In this document: piece after piece, positions 9,987-18,995 of the stretch
Numbering within the stretch: the first letter of the stretch is position 1
Layout of the letters: each line of letters opens with the position of its first letter
Virus record (IMG/VR): IMGVR_UViG_3300025801_000014
Span: 1 to 34,073 of that record
Source: a virus
Lineage: Duplodnaviria; Caudoviricetes
DNA: 34,073 nt
Direction: 5' to 3' (one strand)
Made by a program: the position numbers and the translations under genes
The notes under the pieces: generated by a model
Database searches by the model: none
Told to the model about the DNA's origin: nothing
The model's input: the letters and a program-made list of their open reading frames with translations, nothing else

Positions 9987-10412
9987 ATGGCTACCGGGAC
10001 AACGATGGTGCTTGAGGCTGCGACCTTGAGTATCGACAGCAACGATCTCACCTCGTGGACTACGGAATGCGAGGTCAGCGTCAAGGTCGACGAGAAGGAC
10101 AAGACAACCTTCGCTTCTGGTGGTTGGAAGGAGGTCCGTGGTGGTCGCAAGGAAGGTGGCGTGAAGGTCAAGTTCCTCAATGACTTCACGGACAACAGTC
10201 TCGATGAGATCATGTGGGATCTGTTCGTGGCTGGCGCCGCTGTCGCCTTTGTCGTCAAGGCTGACGATGCGGCGGTCAGCGCATCCAACCCGTCATGGAC
10301 GGGCAGCCTGCTCGTCAACGCGTGGACTCCGATCAAGGGCAAGCCCGGGGACCTGGTCGAGGTCGACTGCGACTTCCCGTCAAGTGGCGCGATCGCCCGG
10401 AACGTTGCCTGA
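9987..10412 (+). CDS. Major tail (tube) protein
   Basis: AGGAGG RBS, 141 aa, SASNPSWTG and GDLVEVDCDF motifs, followed by a hairpin and the chaperone gene. Confidence 0.85.
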   Translation: MATGTTMVLEAATLSIDSNDLTSWTTECEVSVKVDEKDKTTFASGGWKEVRGGRKEGGVKVKFLNDFTDNSLDEIMWDLFVAGAAVAFVVKADDAAVSASNPSWTGSLLVNAWTPIKGKPGDLVEVDCDFPSSGAIARNVA

Positions 10413-10441
10413 CAGCCGGCCTGTCCGGTAGCTCATCCACG

Positions 10442-10469
10442 GGCCACGTCCTACCTGTAGGGCGTGGCC
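10442..10469 (+). terminator. Stem-loop after major tail gene
   Basis: GGCCACGTCCTAC / GTAGGGCGTGGCC inverted repeat with one G-U pair. Confidence 0.5.
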
Positions 10470-10485
10470 TCTTGCTGGGCCTACG

Positions 10486-10896
10486 ATGAGGGACATGATC
10501 GTTACCTATCGGAAGGCCGGGGCCGACGAGCCCCAAACGTGGGAGTTCGATCCCAAGGATGTCTCGCTGTCTGCCGCGGACGTGATCGAGCGCCGGTACG
10601 ACGTAGACAAGCCAAGCTATTCCCGGTTCCTGGCGGCTGTTCAGGCTGGGTCGGCACGAGCACGCAGGGTGCTGCTGTGGTACCTGCTGTGGCGTGACCA
10701 CCCGATGATCAGGTTTGAGGACGTTGACCCGCGGCTTGATGAGATCGAAGTCGAATACACCAAAGCTGAAGTCTCCGCGATTATCGACGAGGTCAACGCA
10801 CGTAGACGGCAGGACCCAGCCGAGAAGGCAGAGATCATCGAAGCGTTGCACGAGCAGCTTGATTCGGCTCCGGAAGGTCAGGGAAAAGCCGAGTAG
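10486..10896 (+). CDS. Tail assembly chaperone (gpG-like)
   Basis: Follows the tail tube gene; ends in the G GGA AAA slippery site. Confidence 0.85.
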   Translation: MRDMIVTYRKAGADEPQTWEFDPKDVSLSAADVIERRYDVDKPSYSRFLAAVQAGSARARRVLLWYLLWRDHPMIRFEDVDPRLDEIEVEYTKAEVSAIIDEVNARRRQDPAEKAEIIEALHEQLDSAPEGQGKAE

Positions 10897-11039
10897 ACGA
10901 CGAGGTGGACGAGTACTGGATTGACGTCGCGTCGTTGCTGCACATCGCTCCGTGGGACGTGCGCCGGCTGACGGTAAGCCAGTGGGAGGACGCCAAGAGC
11001 GTTGTCGACAATGCCCGGAAGGATGCGAAGAAAAGGTAG
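10881..11039 (+). CDS. -1 programmed frameshift extension of the chaperone (gpGT-like)
   Basis: GGGAAAA at 10881-10887 in X XXY YYZ phase; the -1 frame reads SRVDDEVDEYWIDVASLLHIAPWDVRRLTVSQWEDAKSVVDNARKDAKKR to TAG 11037-11039. Confidence 0.85.
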   Translation, partial: GKSRVDDEVDEYWIDVASLLHIAPWDVRRLTVSQWEDAKSVVDNARKDAKKR

Positions 11040-11041
11040 CC

Positions 11042-11539
11042 ATGGCTGGGCAGTTGATAGAGGCAGACGTGAAGGACCTCCGCGAGGTAGCGAAACGGCT
11101 CCGGAAGATCTCCGATGGGAAGACGCTCCGCAAGGAGCTTGTCGCCGCGCTGAAGTCAGCTGCCGAGCCCGCTGCCGCTCGGGCCAGGGGCCGAGTCCGG
11201 GCGATCCCGCACCGGTCTGCGCAGCGGTCGGTTGGCGGCTCGCTCGGCGCTAAGGTAGCCAGCCAAGTCCGGGTCAAGGCCGCGACCGGCGGGAAGAGTG
11301 CTGGCGTGCGGGTGAGCGTCAGGAAGCGGTCTGGGCTGCCGCGTGGGTTCGTCAACGCCCCGAATCGGCTTAACCGCCCGGCCGGCTGGCGGCACCCGGT
11401 GTATGGCGGTAACGCCTGGGTCTCTCAGATCGGGGAGCCTGGCTGGTTCGATGAGCCGATGCGAGAGGCCCAACCGCAGGCACGTCGTGAGGCTGCCGAG
11501 GTCCTGGCAGAGACCATACGGAAGGCAGCGAGAGGATAG
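11042..11539 (+). CDS. HK97 gp10-like neck / tail-completion protein
   Basis: Basic 165-aa protein with WRHPVYG and PGWFD motifs; ATG 11042 follows the frameshift stop. Confidence 0.7.
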   Translation: MAGQLIEADVKDLREVAKRLRKISDGKTLRKELVAALKSAAEPAAARARGRVRAIPHRSAQRSVGGSLGAKVASQVRVKAATGGKSAGVRVSVRKRSGLPRGFVNAPNRLNRPAGWRHPVYGGNAWVSQIGEPGWFDEPMREAQPQARREAAEVLAETIRKAARG

Positions 11540-11541
11540 CC

Positions 11542-13983
11542 ATGTCCGATACGAGCCTGCTCTTCAACCTGCTGGGTAACCCGGCTGGTGCCCTTGCTGC
11601 AACACGCGCGGTCGGCACCGGGATGTCGGCTGTCGGAGATGCGACCGAGGAAGCGATGAGCCGAGCGTCCGGGACGATGGACCGGGCAACGGGCAAGTGG
11701 AAGGGCAAACTCCAGACTGCGGGTTTGGCTGTCGGTGCTGCCGCTGGTGCGGCCATCATGACGAGCCTCGCGGGTGCCATCGAGAAGGGCAACGCACAGC
11801 TGAAGGTGCAAGCCCAACTCGGCGTCGACAAGGCGACAGCGGCCGGGATCGGGGCAGCCGCGGGGAAGGCCTACGCGTCGGGGTTCGGCACATCGGTGTC
11901 GGAGAACATGAACACCGCGCGGGTGGCCATTCAGGCGGGGCTTGCGGAGGCAACGGATACCGCTGGGGTCCAGCGAGCGGTTCAGTCCGCCGAAACCCTG
12001 GCGACTGCATATGAGGTGGATGTGACGCGTGGCGCCCGAGCCGCTGGACAGATGCTCAAGACGGGGATGGCTGCTTCAGCGGAGGAAGCCTACGACATCA
12101 TCTACGCCGGCTTGCGGGGGACCGGTGATCTCGCTGACGATCTGCTCGATACATGGAGTGAGTACTCGACCAAGTTCCGCGACCTTGGTCTTGATGGGGC
12201 CACGTCGATGGGGATGCTCCAGCAAGGCGCTAAGGCTGGCGCGCGGGATCTTGATGTTGTCGCTGATGCCATGAAGGAATTCTCGATTAGATCGATCGAT
12301 GGGTCGAAGGCTACAGCGACGGGCTTCGAGTTGATCGGGTTGTCGTCTACGACGATGGCGGCCGAGGTCGGCAAGGGAGGATCAAGCGCGTCAGCTGCGC
12401 TGGACCTGACGTTGGACAGGCTCCGGTCGATGACCGACCCGGTTGCTCGGGCATCGGCTGCTGTGGCGTTGTTCGGCCCGAAGGCTGAGGACCTCGGGCA
12501 GGCCTTGTACGCGATCGATCCATCCACCGCGGTTGCTGCGATGGGACAGATCTCCGGATCGGTCAAGGCCGCGGGAGACACCCTGCAGGAGTCCGGGACG
12601 GCCCGTGCTCAGAAGTTCAAGGCCGCTCTGCAGACCGGACTGACGAACGCGATGTCAGCAGCACTGCCGTACGCGAACAGTCTCTCTGATGCGATCACGA
12701 AGCATGGTGATGCTCTGCAGAAGGCGATGCCGTGGATCGTCGGGGTAGGTGCTGCTATCGGTGTCGTGTCTGCAGCGACGAAGGCATGGGCTGCTGTGCA
12801 GGGTGTCATGGCTGCAGCGGAGGCTGTCGGGACGGCGGCTACTTGGGCTTTCGGCTTGTCGCTCTGGGCTCTCCCGATTACGTGGATTGTGGCCGGCGTC
12901 CTGCTGTTGATCGGCGTGATCGTGTTGATCGCGACGAAGACGACGTGGTTTCAGACAGCTTGGAAGGCTTCGTGGGGTGCGATCAAGGGTGCTGCTTCAG
13001 CGGTGGGGAGTTGGTTCTCTGGTCCGTTCGTGGGGTTCTTCGTCGGGGTCTGGGACAAGATCAAGTCAGCGTGGAATGCTGCGGTCGGATGGGTGACCGG
13101 GCTGCCGGCCCGGATCGGTGCCGCGCTTCAGGCGTTGCCGACGATGCTATGGAACCTGATCACCTCGGCATTCACGCAAGCTGCGTTCGCTGCTGGCTAC
13201 GTCCTTGGACAGATCGTTCAAGCCGTGATGCGGTTCCCCGCACAGGCTGTCGCCGCACTTCAGGCGTTGCCTGGTTTGGTCTCCGGGGTCTTCACCTGGG
13301 CATGGAACACGGCGATGAGCGTCACGTCCTCGGTCGCTACGTGGATCGTCGGGTTCGTCTTCGGGTTGCCCGGGAGGATCATCGGCGCGTTGCTGTCCCT
13401 GCGGGGGTCGCTGATGGGTGTGATGAGCTCGGCCTGGTCGTCGGCCGCATCGGCTGTTTCCACCGGAGTCGGGTGGGCAATGAGTCACGTCGCAGCTCTT
13501 CCCGGAAGGGTGTGGAGTGCCCTGTCTGGCTTGCCCGGGAGGCTGCTTGGGTTAGGAGGCGACATCATAGGGGGGCTGGTCAACGGCATCCAGCGTGCGG
13601 CCGGCCGACTGGAATCCCTGGCAAGAAGCATGGCGAGCAACTTCCTGGCCGGGTTCAAGCGATCGATGGGCATCGCATCTCGATCTAAGGTGATGTATCA
13701 CCTCGCGACGACCGGGATCGTTGCAGGGCTAGTCGGCGGGATGAGTGCCGGAAGCCGCCAGGTCGAGGCGGCCGGAAAGGGCCTGTACGGACCGTTGACG
13801 TCCGGTGCTGGTGGTCGGTCTGCCAGCCGGTCGCTAGTCGGCAGCGGGTCAAGCCAGAAGATCGTCCTTGAGATCCGGTCGGTTGGTAACCGAATGTCAG
13901 ACATGATCGTTGAGGTGATCCGGGATGCCGTGAGCGTGGTCGGTGGCAACGGCAACAGCATCGTCTCCGTAGCGAAAAGGTAG
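11542..13983 (+). CDS. Tape measure protein
   Basis: 813 aa, Ala/Gly-rich, DVVADAMKEFSIR and LFGPKAEDLG motifs, Trp/Phe-spaced helical repeats, MGIASRSKV end motif. Confidence 0.95.
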   Translation: MSDTSLLFNLLGNPAGALAATRAVGTGMSAVGDATEEAMSRASGTMDRATGKWKGKLQTAGLAVGAAAGAAIMTSLAGAIEKGNAQLKVQAQLGVDKATAAGIGAAAGKAYASGFGTSVSENMNTARVAIQAGLAEATDTAGVQRAVQSAETLATAYEVDVTRGARAAGQMLKTGMAASAEEAYDIIYAGLRGTGDLADDLLDTWSEYSTKFRDLGLDGATSMGMLQQGAKAGARDLDVVADAMKEFSIRSIDGSKATATGFELIGLSSTTMAAEVGKGGSSASAALDLTLDRLRSMTDPVARASAAVALFGPKAEDLGQALYAIDPSTAVAAMGQISGSVKAAGDTLQESGTARAQKFKAALQTGLTNAMSAALPYANSLSDAITKHGDALQKAMPWIVGVGAAIGVVSAATKAWAAVQGVMAAAEAVGTAATWAFGLSLWALPITWIVAGVLLLIGVIVLIATKTTWFQTAWKASWGAIKGAASAVGSWFSGPFVGFFVGVWDKIKSAWNAAVGWVTGLPARIGAALQALPTMLWNLITSAFTQAAFAAGYVLGQIVQAVMRFPAQAVAALQALPGLVSGVFTWAWNTAMSVTSSVATWIVGFVFGLPGRIIGALLSLRGSLMGVMSSAWSSAASAVSTGVGWAMSHVAALPGRVWSALSGLPGRLLGLGGDIIGGLVNGIQRAAGRLESLARSMASNFLAGFKRSMGIASRSKVMYHLATTGIVAGLVGGMSAGSRQVEAAGKGLYGPLTSGAGGRSASRSLVGSGSSQKIVLEIRSVGNRMSDMIVEVIRDAVSVVGGNGNSIVSVAKR

Positions 13984-13989
13984 ATAGAC

Positions 13990-16116
13990 ATGGGCTTCCC
14001 TGCCGATCCGGTACTTGTCGAGATGGTGATCGTTTTCGATGGGACGCATCTCACGGACGTGAGTGCCTACGTCCGGGCTGAGGATGGGATCAACCGGACC
14101 TTCGCCAGGTCGGGTCCGTCCGCTACCAGTTCCGATCCGGGGCGGGTTACGTTCACACTGCAGACCGTGGGTGCTGGTGGTGAGCCGGACCTCCCCGCTG
14201 GGGTCTGGAACCCATGGGATCCGTCCGGCGAGTACTGGGAACGCGATGGGTGGTTGGGCTCGATCGTCGCAATCAACGTCGAGGACGAGCCCTGGTTCTA
14301 TGGTCGGTTGTCTCGGATCGAAGCTAGGTGGGATACGGACGGAACAGGGTATGCCGACTTGGAAGCGTCATCGGCTCTCCGGTGGATGGAATGGAAAGAC
14401 AAGATCAGATCCCCGTTGGAGCGCATCATCACCGCGGAAGCACCGGTGCTGTACCTTCCGCTGACAGACGGCGCGATAGCCTCTCGGGCTGCCACGCCGA
14501 TAGCTGGTCTTACCCCGCTGGATGTTGCTGGTATCAAGTTCGCGCAGATCACCGGGCCGATCGGGGATCCGCGGAGCCTCCCGGAGTTCGTGCGGGACGG
14601 TGTCGGCGGAACCACCGCGTGGGAGATTCCGCTCGACACCGCGACGGGTACCGGCTGGACCGTTGAGTTCATGGTTCGGGCCGAGCGGCTGACGGACACA
14701 TACACCGACTACGTTCCGATCACGTGGTACACCGGGGCAGACTCGACCGCTGCCACCTGGACCATTGACCTCGGGTGGGATGGTGGGAGCGCAGACCCTG
14801 ATGTGCTTCGGCTTGTCGGTGTGGAGGTCGTTGGTGGTGGGTTTGTTGTCTTGGACATGGATACCAAGCTGGTGTTGGACGGAGAGTGGCATCACGTCCA
14901 GGTGAGGGTTCAGCCGTCTGGTGGGTCTACCCGGGTCGACATGACCTTAGATGGGGGCAATACCGTAAACGACACAGACACAACCATCTCCGCTGGCGGA
15001 ATAACCAAGCTTGAGCTCATGTCCGTGTCGACGACGACTCTGAAGTCCGGGTCTGTTGGGCATGTGGTTGTTCACAACACCTACACGCCGGGAGAGACCT
15101 ACCTCGGGTCGCAGGGATTCGCCGAGGACAACGCGTACACCCGCCTGTACCGGGCGATCACTCAGGATGAGACGACGATCGACATCGTCACCGGGTATGC
15201 AGAGACAACGCTGCTCGGGCCTCAGCCAACGGTACGTCTGATCGACGTCCTCCGGGACGTCGAAGACGCCGACTTCGGGCGGCTCGTCGAACGCGTCGAC
15301 GCGCATACGTTGAGGTATGCCACGAGGGCATCTCGGTACGGGGCAGCCCCGATCCTGACGATCAAACCTGAGCATCAGACCAGCAGCCCGGTTCCGGCAC
15401 AGAAGGTCGGCGAGACCATCGGCGGAATCCAGGTCAGCCGAACTAACGGCAGTAGCGTCACTGTCACCTATGACGAGGTGTTGGCCAAGGGGGGTGTCGA
15501 GTCAACCGCCGATGTCAACGTGTTCAGCGACGACACGCTTACCAGCATCGCGCAGTGGATTGCGGCCCAGTTGCCTCCCGATGTCCCTGGGGTAAGCAAG
15601 GTAGACCTTGATCTGTCCACGGACGGCGGATCTCTCGTGGCTCCCTGGTTGGCTGCAATCGCGACCCAACCCATCCGGGCGGCTGTGGAGGGTGTTGCCG
15701 GGATGCCGGAAGGTCTGGACGTCTTCGTCGAGGGGTGGACAGAGACCTTGACAGACGTCGACTGGACTGCGTCCCTGGTGGTTTCCTCCGCGCGGCCGTA
15801 CGACGCGTTCACCCGGGGCAGCAACACTCTCGGCCGGTCGGAGGCCGAGTACTCGACTGTCGTCGGAGCGTCGACGTCGACCAGCACGGCGCTGTCGGTG
15901 GCGACAAGTAGCGGCCCGTTGTGGACCACGGAGACGACGCACTTGCCGGTTGACCTGGACATCGACGGTGAGCGGGTTACCGCTACCAGCATCCTGGACC
16001 GGTTCCATGACCGGTTCGACCGGGTCGAGACGGGCGGTTGGGGGACGGCGAGTACCGGCGAGACCTGGACCTGTACGGGTGGTTCGGCCAGCGACTTCTA
16101 TACGATCACCACGTAG
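13990..16116 (+). CDS. Tail tip / baseplate protein with LamG-like (concanavalin) domain
   Basis: Follows TMP; LTDVSAYVR N-terminus, LYLPLTDG, WTVEFMV, DGEWHHV, VEGWTETL motifs. Confidence 0.8.
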   Translation: MGFPADPVLVEMVIVFDGTHLTDVSAYVRAEDGINRTFARSGPSATSSDPGRVTFTLQTVGAGGEPDLPAGVWNPWDPSGEYWERDGWLGSIVAINVEDEPWFYGRLSRIEARWDTDGTGYADLEASSALRWMEWKDKIRSPLERIITAEAPVLYLPLTDGAIASRAATPIAGLTPLDVAGIKFAQITGPIGDPRSLPEFVRDGVGGTTAWEIPLDTATGTGWTVEFMVRAERLTDTYTDYVPITWYTGADSTAATWTIDLGWDGGSADPDVLRLVGVEVVGGGFVVLDMDTKLVLDGEWHHVQVRVQPSGGSTRVDMTLDGGNTVNDTDTTISAGGITKLELMSVSTTTLKSGSVGHVVVHNTYTPGETYLGSQGFAEDNAYTRLYRAITQDETTIDIVTGYAETTLLGPQPTVRLIDVLRDVEDADFGRLVERVDAHTLRYATRASRYGAAPILTIKPEHQTSSPVPAQKVGETIGGIQVSRTNGSSVTVTYDEVLAKGGVESTADVNVFSDDTLTSIAQWIAAQLPPDVPGVSKVDLDLSTDGGSLVAPWLAAIATQPIRAAVEGVAGMPEGLDVFVEGWTETLTDVDWTASLVVSSARPYDAFTRGSNTLGRSEAEYSTVVGASTSTSTALSVATSSGPLWTTETTHLPVDLDIDGERVTATSILDRFHDRFDRVETGGWGTASTGETWTCTGGSASDFYTITT

Positions 16117-16127
16117 GGGGATAGATC

Positions 16128-17348
16128 ATGGCTGACACGTATGCCGACTACGCGGCGCTTGCAGCGGCGGAGACTGAAGGGGTCGACTACCAGATCTTGT
16201 CTGGTACTCCGGCTGGTGCAACGTGGGCTTCTATCGCGATCCACGCTGGGGGGATCGAGCCCGGCTCCGGGGAGATGGCTCGGGAAGTCGCCGGAGAGAG
16301 CATGGATTGGTACAAGTTCGAGGGCATCAAGGCAACCGGGAATTCGGTTCTGCACATCACGGCGACTAACTTCGACGAACCGACCGCCGTTGCCCTGGTC
16401 GCCGCGTCATCTCGGACAGTGTCCTTTCACGGGTACGTCGGGACGGCCGGCCTCCCGGAGACCGCGGTCGGTGGTCTCGATCCACTGCTGACCGGTGCGG
16501 TGATAGCGGCTCTTGGCCGGGCTGGTTACGCGGCCGGGGCAGCACCCTACGAGATCGCGGGGACTGATGCTGGGAACATCTGCAACGCCAACCTGATCTC
16601 TGGTGGGGTCCAGTTGGAGATGTCTCAGGCGCTCAGGGAGTCGTTCTTCCCGGGCGGAGACTACGGGTCGGCGGCTCGGGCGGCTGGAATCTTCACCGAT
16701 GACTTCTACCGGTATGCCTCCGTGGTCCAGGGTGCCCTCTCGGGGTTCGGTGCGATCTCTTCCGGTTCGGCGAACGTCTCAAGATACTGTCTGGCTCCGG
16801 CCCCGGGGGCTGACGTTGACCTGGTGGTGTCGGTCGCTACCGATCATCTTGCCGTGGGTGGCAGCGAGTACATGCACCTGCTTGCCAGGGTGGCTGACAC
16901 GAGCAACTGGTACTCGGCGCGGTTGGCTTTCACGACAGCACAAGCTGTTGAGCTCACGGTTCGGAAGCGGGTAGCTGGCACGGAATCTGCGATCTCCTCG
17001 ACCGTGACCACGGATCTCGTTCATGCAGCCGGAAGTCGAGTAGCGCTCCGGTTCCAGGTGGCTGGTACGACGCTCCGGGCGAAGGCTTGGGCGGATGGGT
17101 TCAGCGAACCCCAATGGATGGCGGAGGTGACGGATGCTTCGCTGGCTGCAGCTGGGTCGGTAGGTGTACGAGCGATCTTGTCGAGTGGCTACTCTGGCAG
17201 CCTGCCGGTGGAGTGCACATTCGGGGAGTTCCGGGATGCGACGAGCCCACAGGCCTTCGTCGTCACTCGGAGCGTTAACGGTGTCGTCAAGACGCATGCT
17301 GACGGGGCTGATGTGCGGTTGTGGCGCCCGGGTCTCCGGGTCTTGTAA
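16128..17348 (+). CDS. Poly-gamma-glutamate hydrolase (PghP-like) domain fused to a tail beta-sandwich C-terminus
   Basis: AIHAGGIEPGSGE, LHITATNFDEP, SFHG, NICN and GVQLEMS match the phage gamma-PGA hydrolase zinc motifs; C-terminus TRSVNGVVKTH...DVRL is a tail-protein ending. Confidence 0.85.
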   Translation: MADTYADYAALAAAETEGVDYQILSGTPAGATWASIAIHAGGIEPGSGEMAREVAGESMDWYKFEGIKATGNSVLHITATNFDEPTAVALVAASSRTVSFHGYVGTAGLPETAVGGLDPLLTGAVIAALGRAGYAAGAAPYEIAGTDAGNICNANLISGGVQLEMSQALRESFFPGGDYGSAARAAGIFTDDFYRYASVVQGALSGFGAISSGSANVSRYCLAPAPGADVDLVVSVATDHLAVGGSEYMHLLARVADTSNWYSARLAFTTAQAVELTVRKRVAGTESAISSTVTTDLVHAAGSRVALRFQVAGTTLRAKAWADGFSEPQWMAEVTDASLAAAGSVGVRAILSSGYSGSLPVECTFGEFRDATSPQAFVVTRSVNGVVKTHADGADVRLWRPGLRVL

Positions 17349-17363
17349 GAGGAGAGGATCAAC

Positions 17364-17780
17364 ATGGTGACATCGCCTCCGGTCGGCTCGCCCGTCGGAT
17401 CATGGTTCGATGAGGTGAGTAAGGCTCTCGAATACGATTCGTTCCATAACTTCGCGATCGAGAGTCCATTTGCTAACCGGGCTTCTGGTTGGTTGCCAAG
17501 TCAGTACACGATGTACCTGCTCAACGGGACCGAGTTCATTCGGTTCTATCTGGTGTTCACGGGGACGCCGGCCGGTAATGGTCAGTTGATCGCTACGTTT
17601 CCGGATGGGTACAAGCCGACGTACAAGCAGGACTTCAACTGCTCGGGCCTCGGGAGTACCACGACGATCACTCCTGTGGTCGAGGCGAGTACGGATGGGA
17701 CCTTGAAGCTCTACGATTGCGCCACGTCTGACAGCAATTGGCATGTCGGGTGGCAAGATCTCAAGGGGCCGTTCGCGTGA
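17364..17780 (+). CDS. Minor tail / fibre-tip-like protein
   Basis: AGGAGAGG RBS; IATFPDGYKP...TDGTLKL resembles a fibre C-terminal beta domain. Confidence 0.6.
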   Translation: MVTSPPVGSPVGSWFDEVSKALEYDSFHNFAIESPFANRASGWLPSQYTMYLLNGTEFIRFYLVFTGTPAGNGQLIATFPDGYKPTYKQDFNCSGLGSTTTITPVVEASTDGTLKLYDCATSDSNWHVGWQDLKGPFA

Positions 17781-18013
17781 CCGAGGAGATCGGGCCGGTC
17801 GTGATCGGCCTCCGCGAAGTGTATGACCAGGTGGTCTCGTTGAGGGTGGCGGTTGATCGGATGGCGGTCGCGACGGAGGAAACGACCCGGTCACGGACTG
17901 ATCACGAGACCAGGATCCGGGTGCTTGAGCGTGCTCGGTGGCCACTTCCCGCGATCGCGGTCTTGATTGCTCTCGCTGCTCTGATTGTGCCTATCGTTGA
18001 GGCGGTCAAGTAG
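17777..18013 (+). CDS. Holin-like membrane protein
   Basis: GTGA overlap start; coiled coil DHETRIRVLE followed by one TM helix; lies before the endolysin. Confidence 0.65.
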   Translation: MTEEIGPVVIGLREVYDQVVSLRVAVDRMAVATEETTRSRTDHETRIRVLERARWPLPAIAVLIALAALIVPIVEAVK

Positions 18014-18044
18014 CGATGATGGTGGGATTGGATGGTGGTCCAGG

Positions 18045-18869
18045 ATGACATGGCGAGTGTCCTATGGGCTCGACAAGCTACTTCAGCAGATCAATGCGGT
18101 CGCGCCATGGCGCGACAAGGCCTCGGACGGGAGCATCGGGGATGCTTCCCACCAGGGCACGGTGAGTGACCACAACCCGGATGCTCAGGGGATCGTCCGG
18201 GCGAGGGACTACACACAGGATCCCGGTCATGGCGCAGACATGGCGATCATCAGCGAGGCGATTCGGAGGTCACGTGACCCGAGGGTCGCCTACGTGATCT
18301 TTAACCGGCGGATCTTCAGCGCCACGAATGCCCCCTGGACATGGCGCTCATACTCTGGGTCCGATCCGCACACGGGCCACATGCACGTGTCGACCGTCAA
18401 GGACAACCGGGTCGCGGACGGAACCCAGCCATGGGCGATCGCGCTTCCCAGCGACACGCCAACCGAGCCAGCACACGAGATGGGAGACACCATGCAGAGC
18501 TTCATTCGATGGACCGGGTCGAACGCTGTGATCTTCACCGACGGAGTTCAGGGACGATGGGTCAAGAGCGAGGCCGAGATGGCAGACATCAAAACCCTCG
18601 CGGCCGAGGGCACCCTGAGCCTCGGATACGGCGGGTCGGTTCGGGTGGTCGGCAACCGTGATCTCGTTGGTCAGATCATCGGGGATCGGCCGGCCGAGTG
18701 GGCTAACGTCGCTCCGGCCGGGATCGTCTCCGTCGAGCTTGACGACGCTGCGGTGACCAGGATCGCGGAGGCCTTAGTTGCCTGTCCGGATACCCCGCTC
18801 GGTGATGCCGACAAGCCAGTGATCATTGCCGCTGTGCAGGATGCAATCCGCGGCATGATCTCTAGCTGA
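18045..18869 (+). CDS. Endolysin (M15-like zinc peptidase domain plus C-terminal domain)
   Basis: SDGSIGDASH, SDHNPD, RARD, YVIFNRRI, HTGHMHVS motifs; last gene of the late operon. Confidence 0.85.
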   Translation: MTWRVSYGLDKLLQQINAVAPWRDKASDGSIGDASHQGTVSDHNPDAQGIVRARDYTQDPGHGADMAIISEAIRRSRDPRVAYVIFNRRIFSATNAPWTWRSYSGSDPHTGHMHVSTVKDNRVADGTQPWAIALPSDTPTEPAHEMGDTMQSFIRWTGSNAVIFTDGVQGRWVKSEAEMADIKTLAAEGTLSLGYGGSVRVVGNRDLVGQIIGDRPAEWANVAPAGIVSVELDDAAVTRIAEALVACPDTPLGDADKPVIIAAVQDAIRGMISS

Positions 18870-18881
18870 CCTGGAACAAGG

Positions 18882-18918
18882 GGAGGCCCGGTAGCGCTCA
18901 TGGCGCTACCGGGCCTCC
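18882..18918. terminator. Probable bidirectional terminator between convergent operons
   Basis: Perfect 16-bp stem GGAGGCCCGGTAGCGC / GCGCTACCGGGCCTCC with a 5-nt loop. Confidence 0.85.
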
Positions 18919-18995
18919 TTGCTCGGGTGGTCACGGGGGATGAGGGACCAGCCGAGCAGCACTTGCTCTGCTGATGCTACGGCCTTCCGGCCAGA

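Noticed and set aside
13090-13560. Degenerate repeats such as CTTCAGGCGTTGCC and LPGR units
   Set aside because: Ordinary tape-measure helical repeats
12732-13688. 318-aa Arg/Cys-rich overlapping ORF, and similar long antisense ORFs (10333-11355, 4173-4994, 32595-33572)
   Set aside because: Typical high-GC off-frame ORFs overlapping well-supported genes
16114-16130. Stop-codon readthrough fusing the tail-tip and PGA hydrolase genes
   Set aside because: The genes are 11 nt apart (out of frame) and the second has its own RBS-like GGGGG
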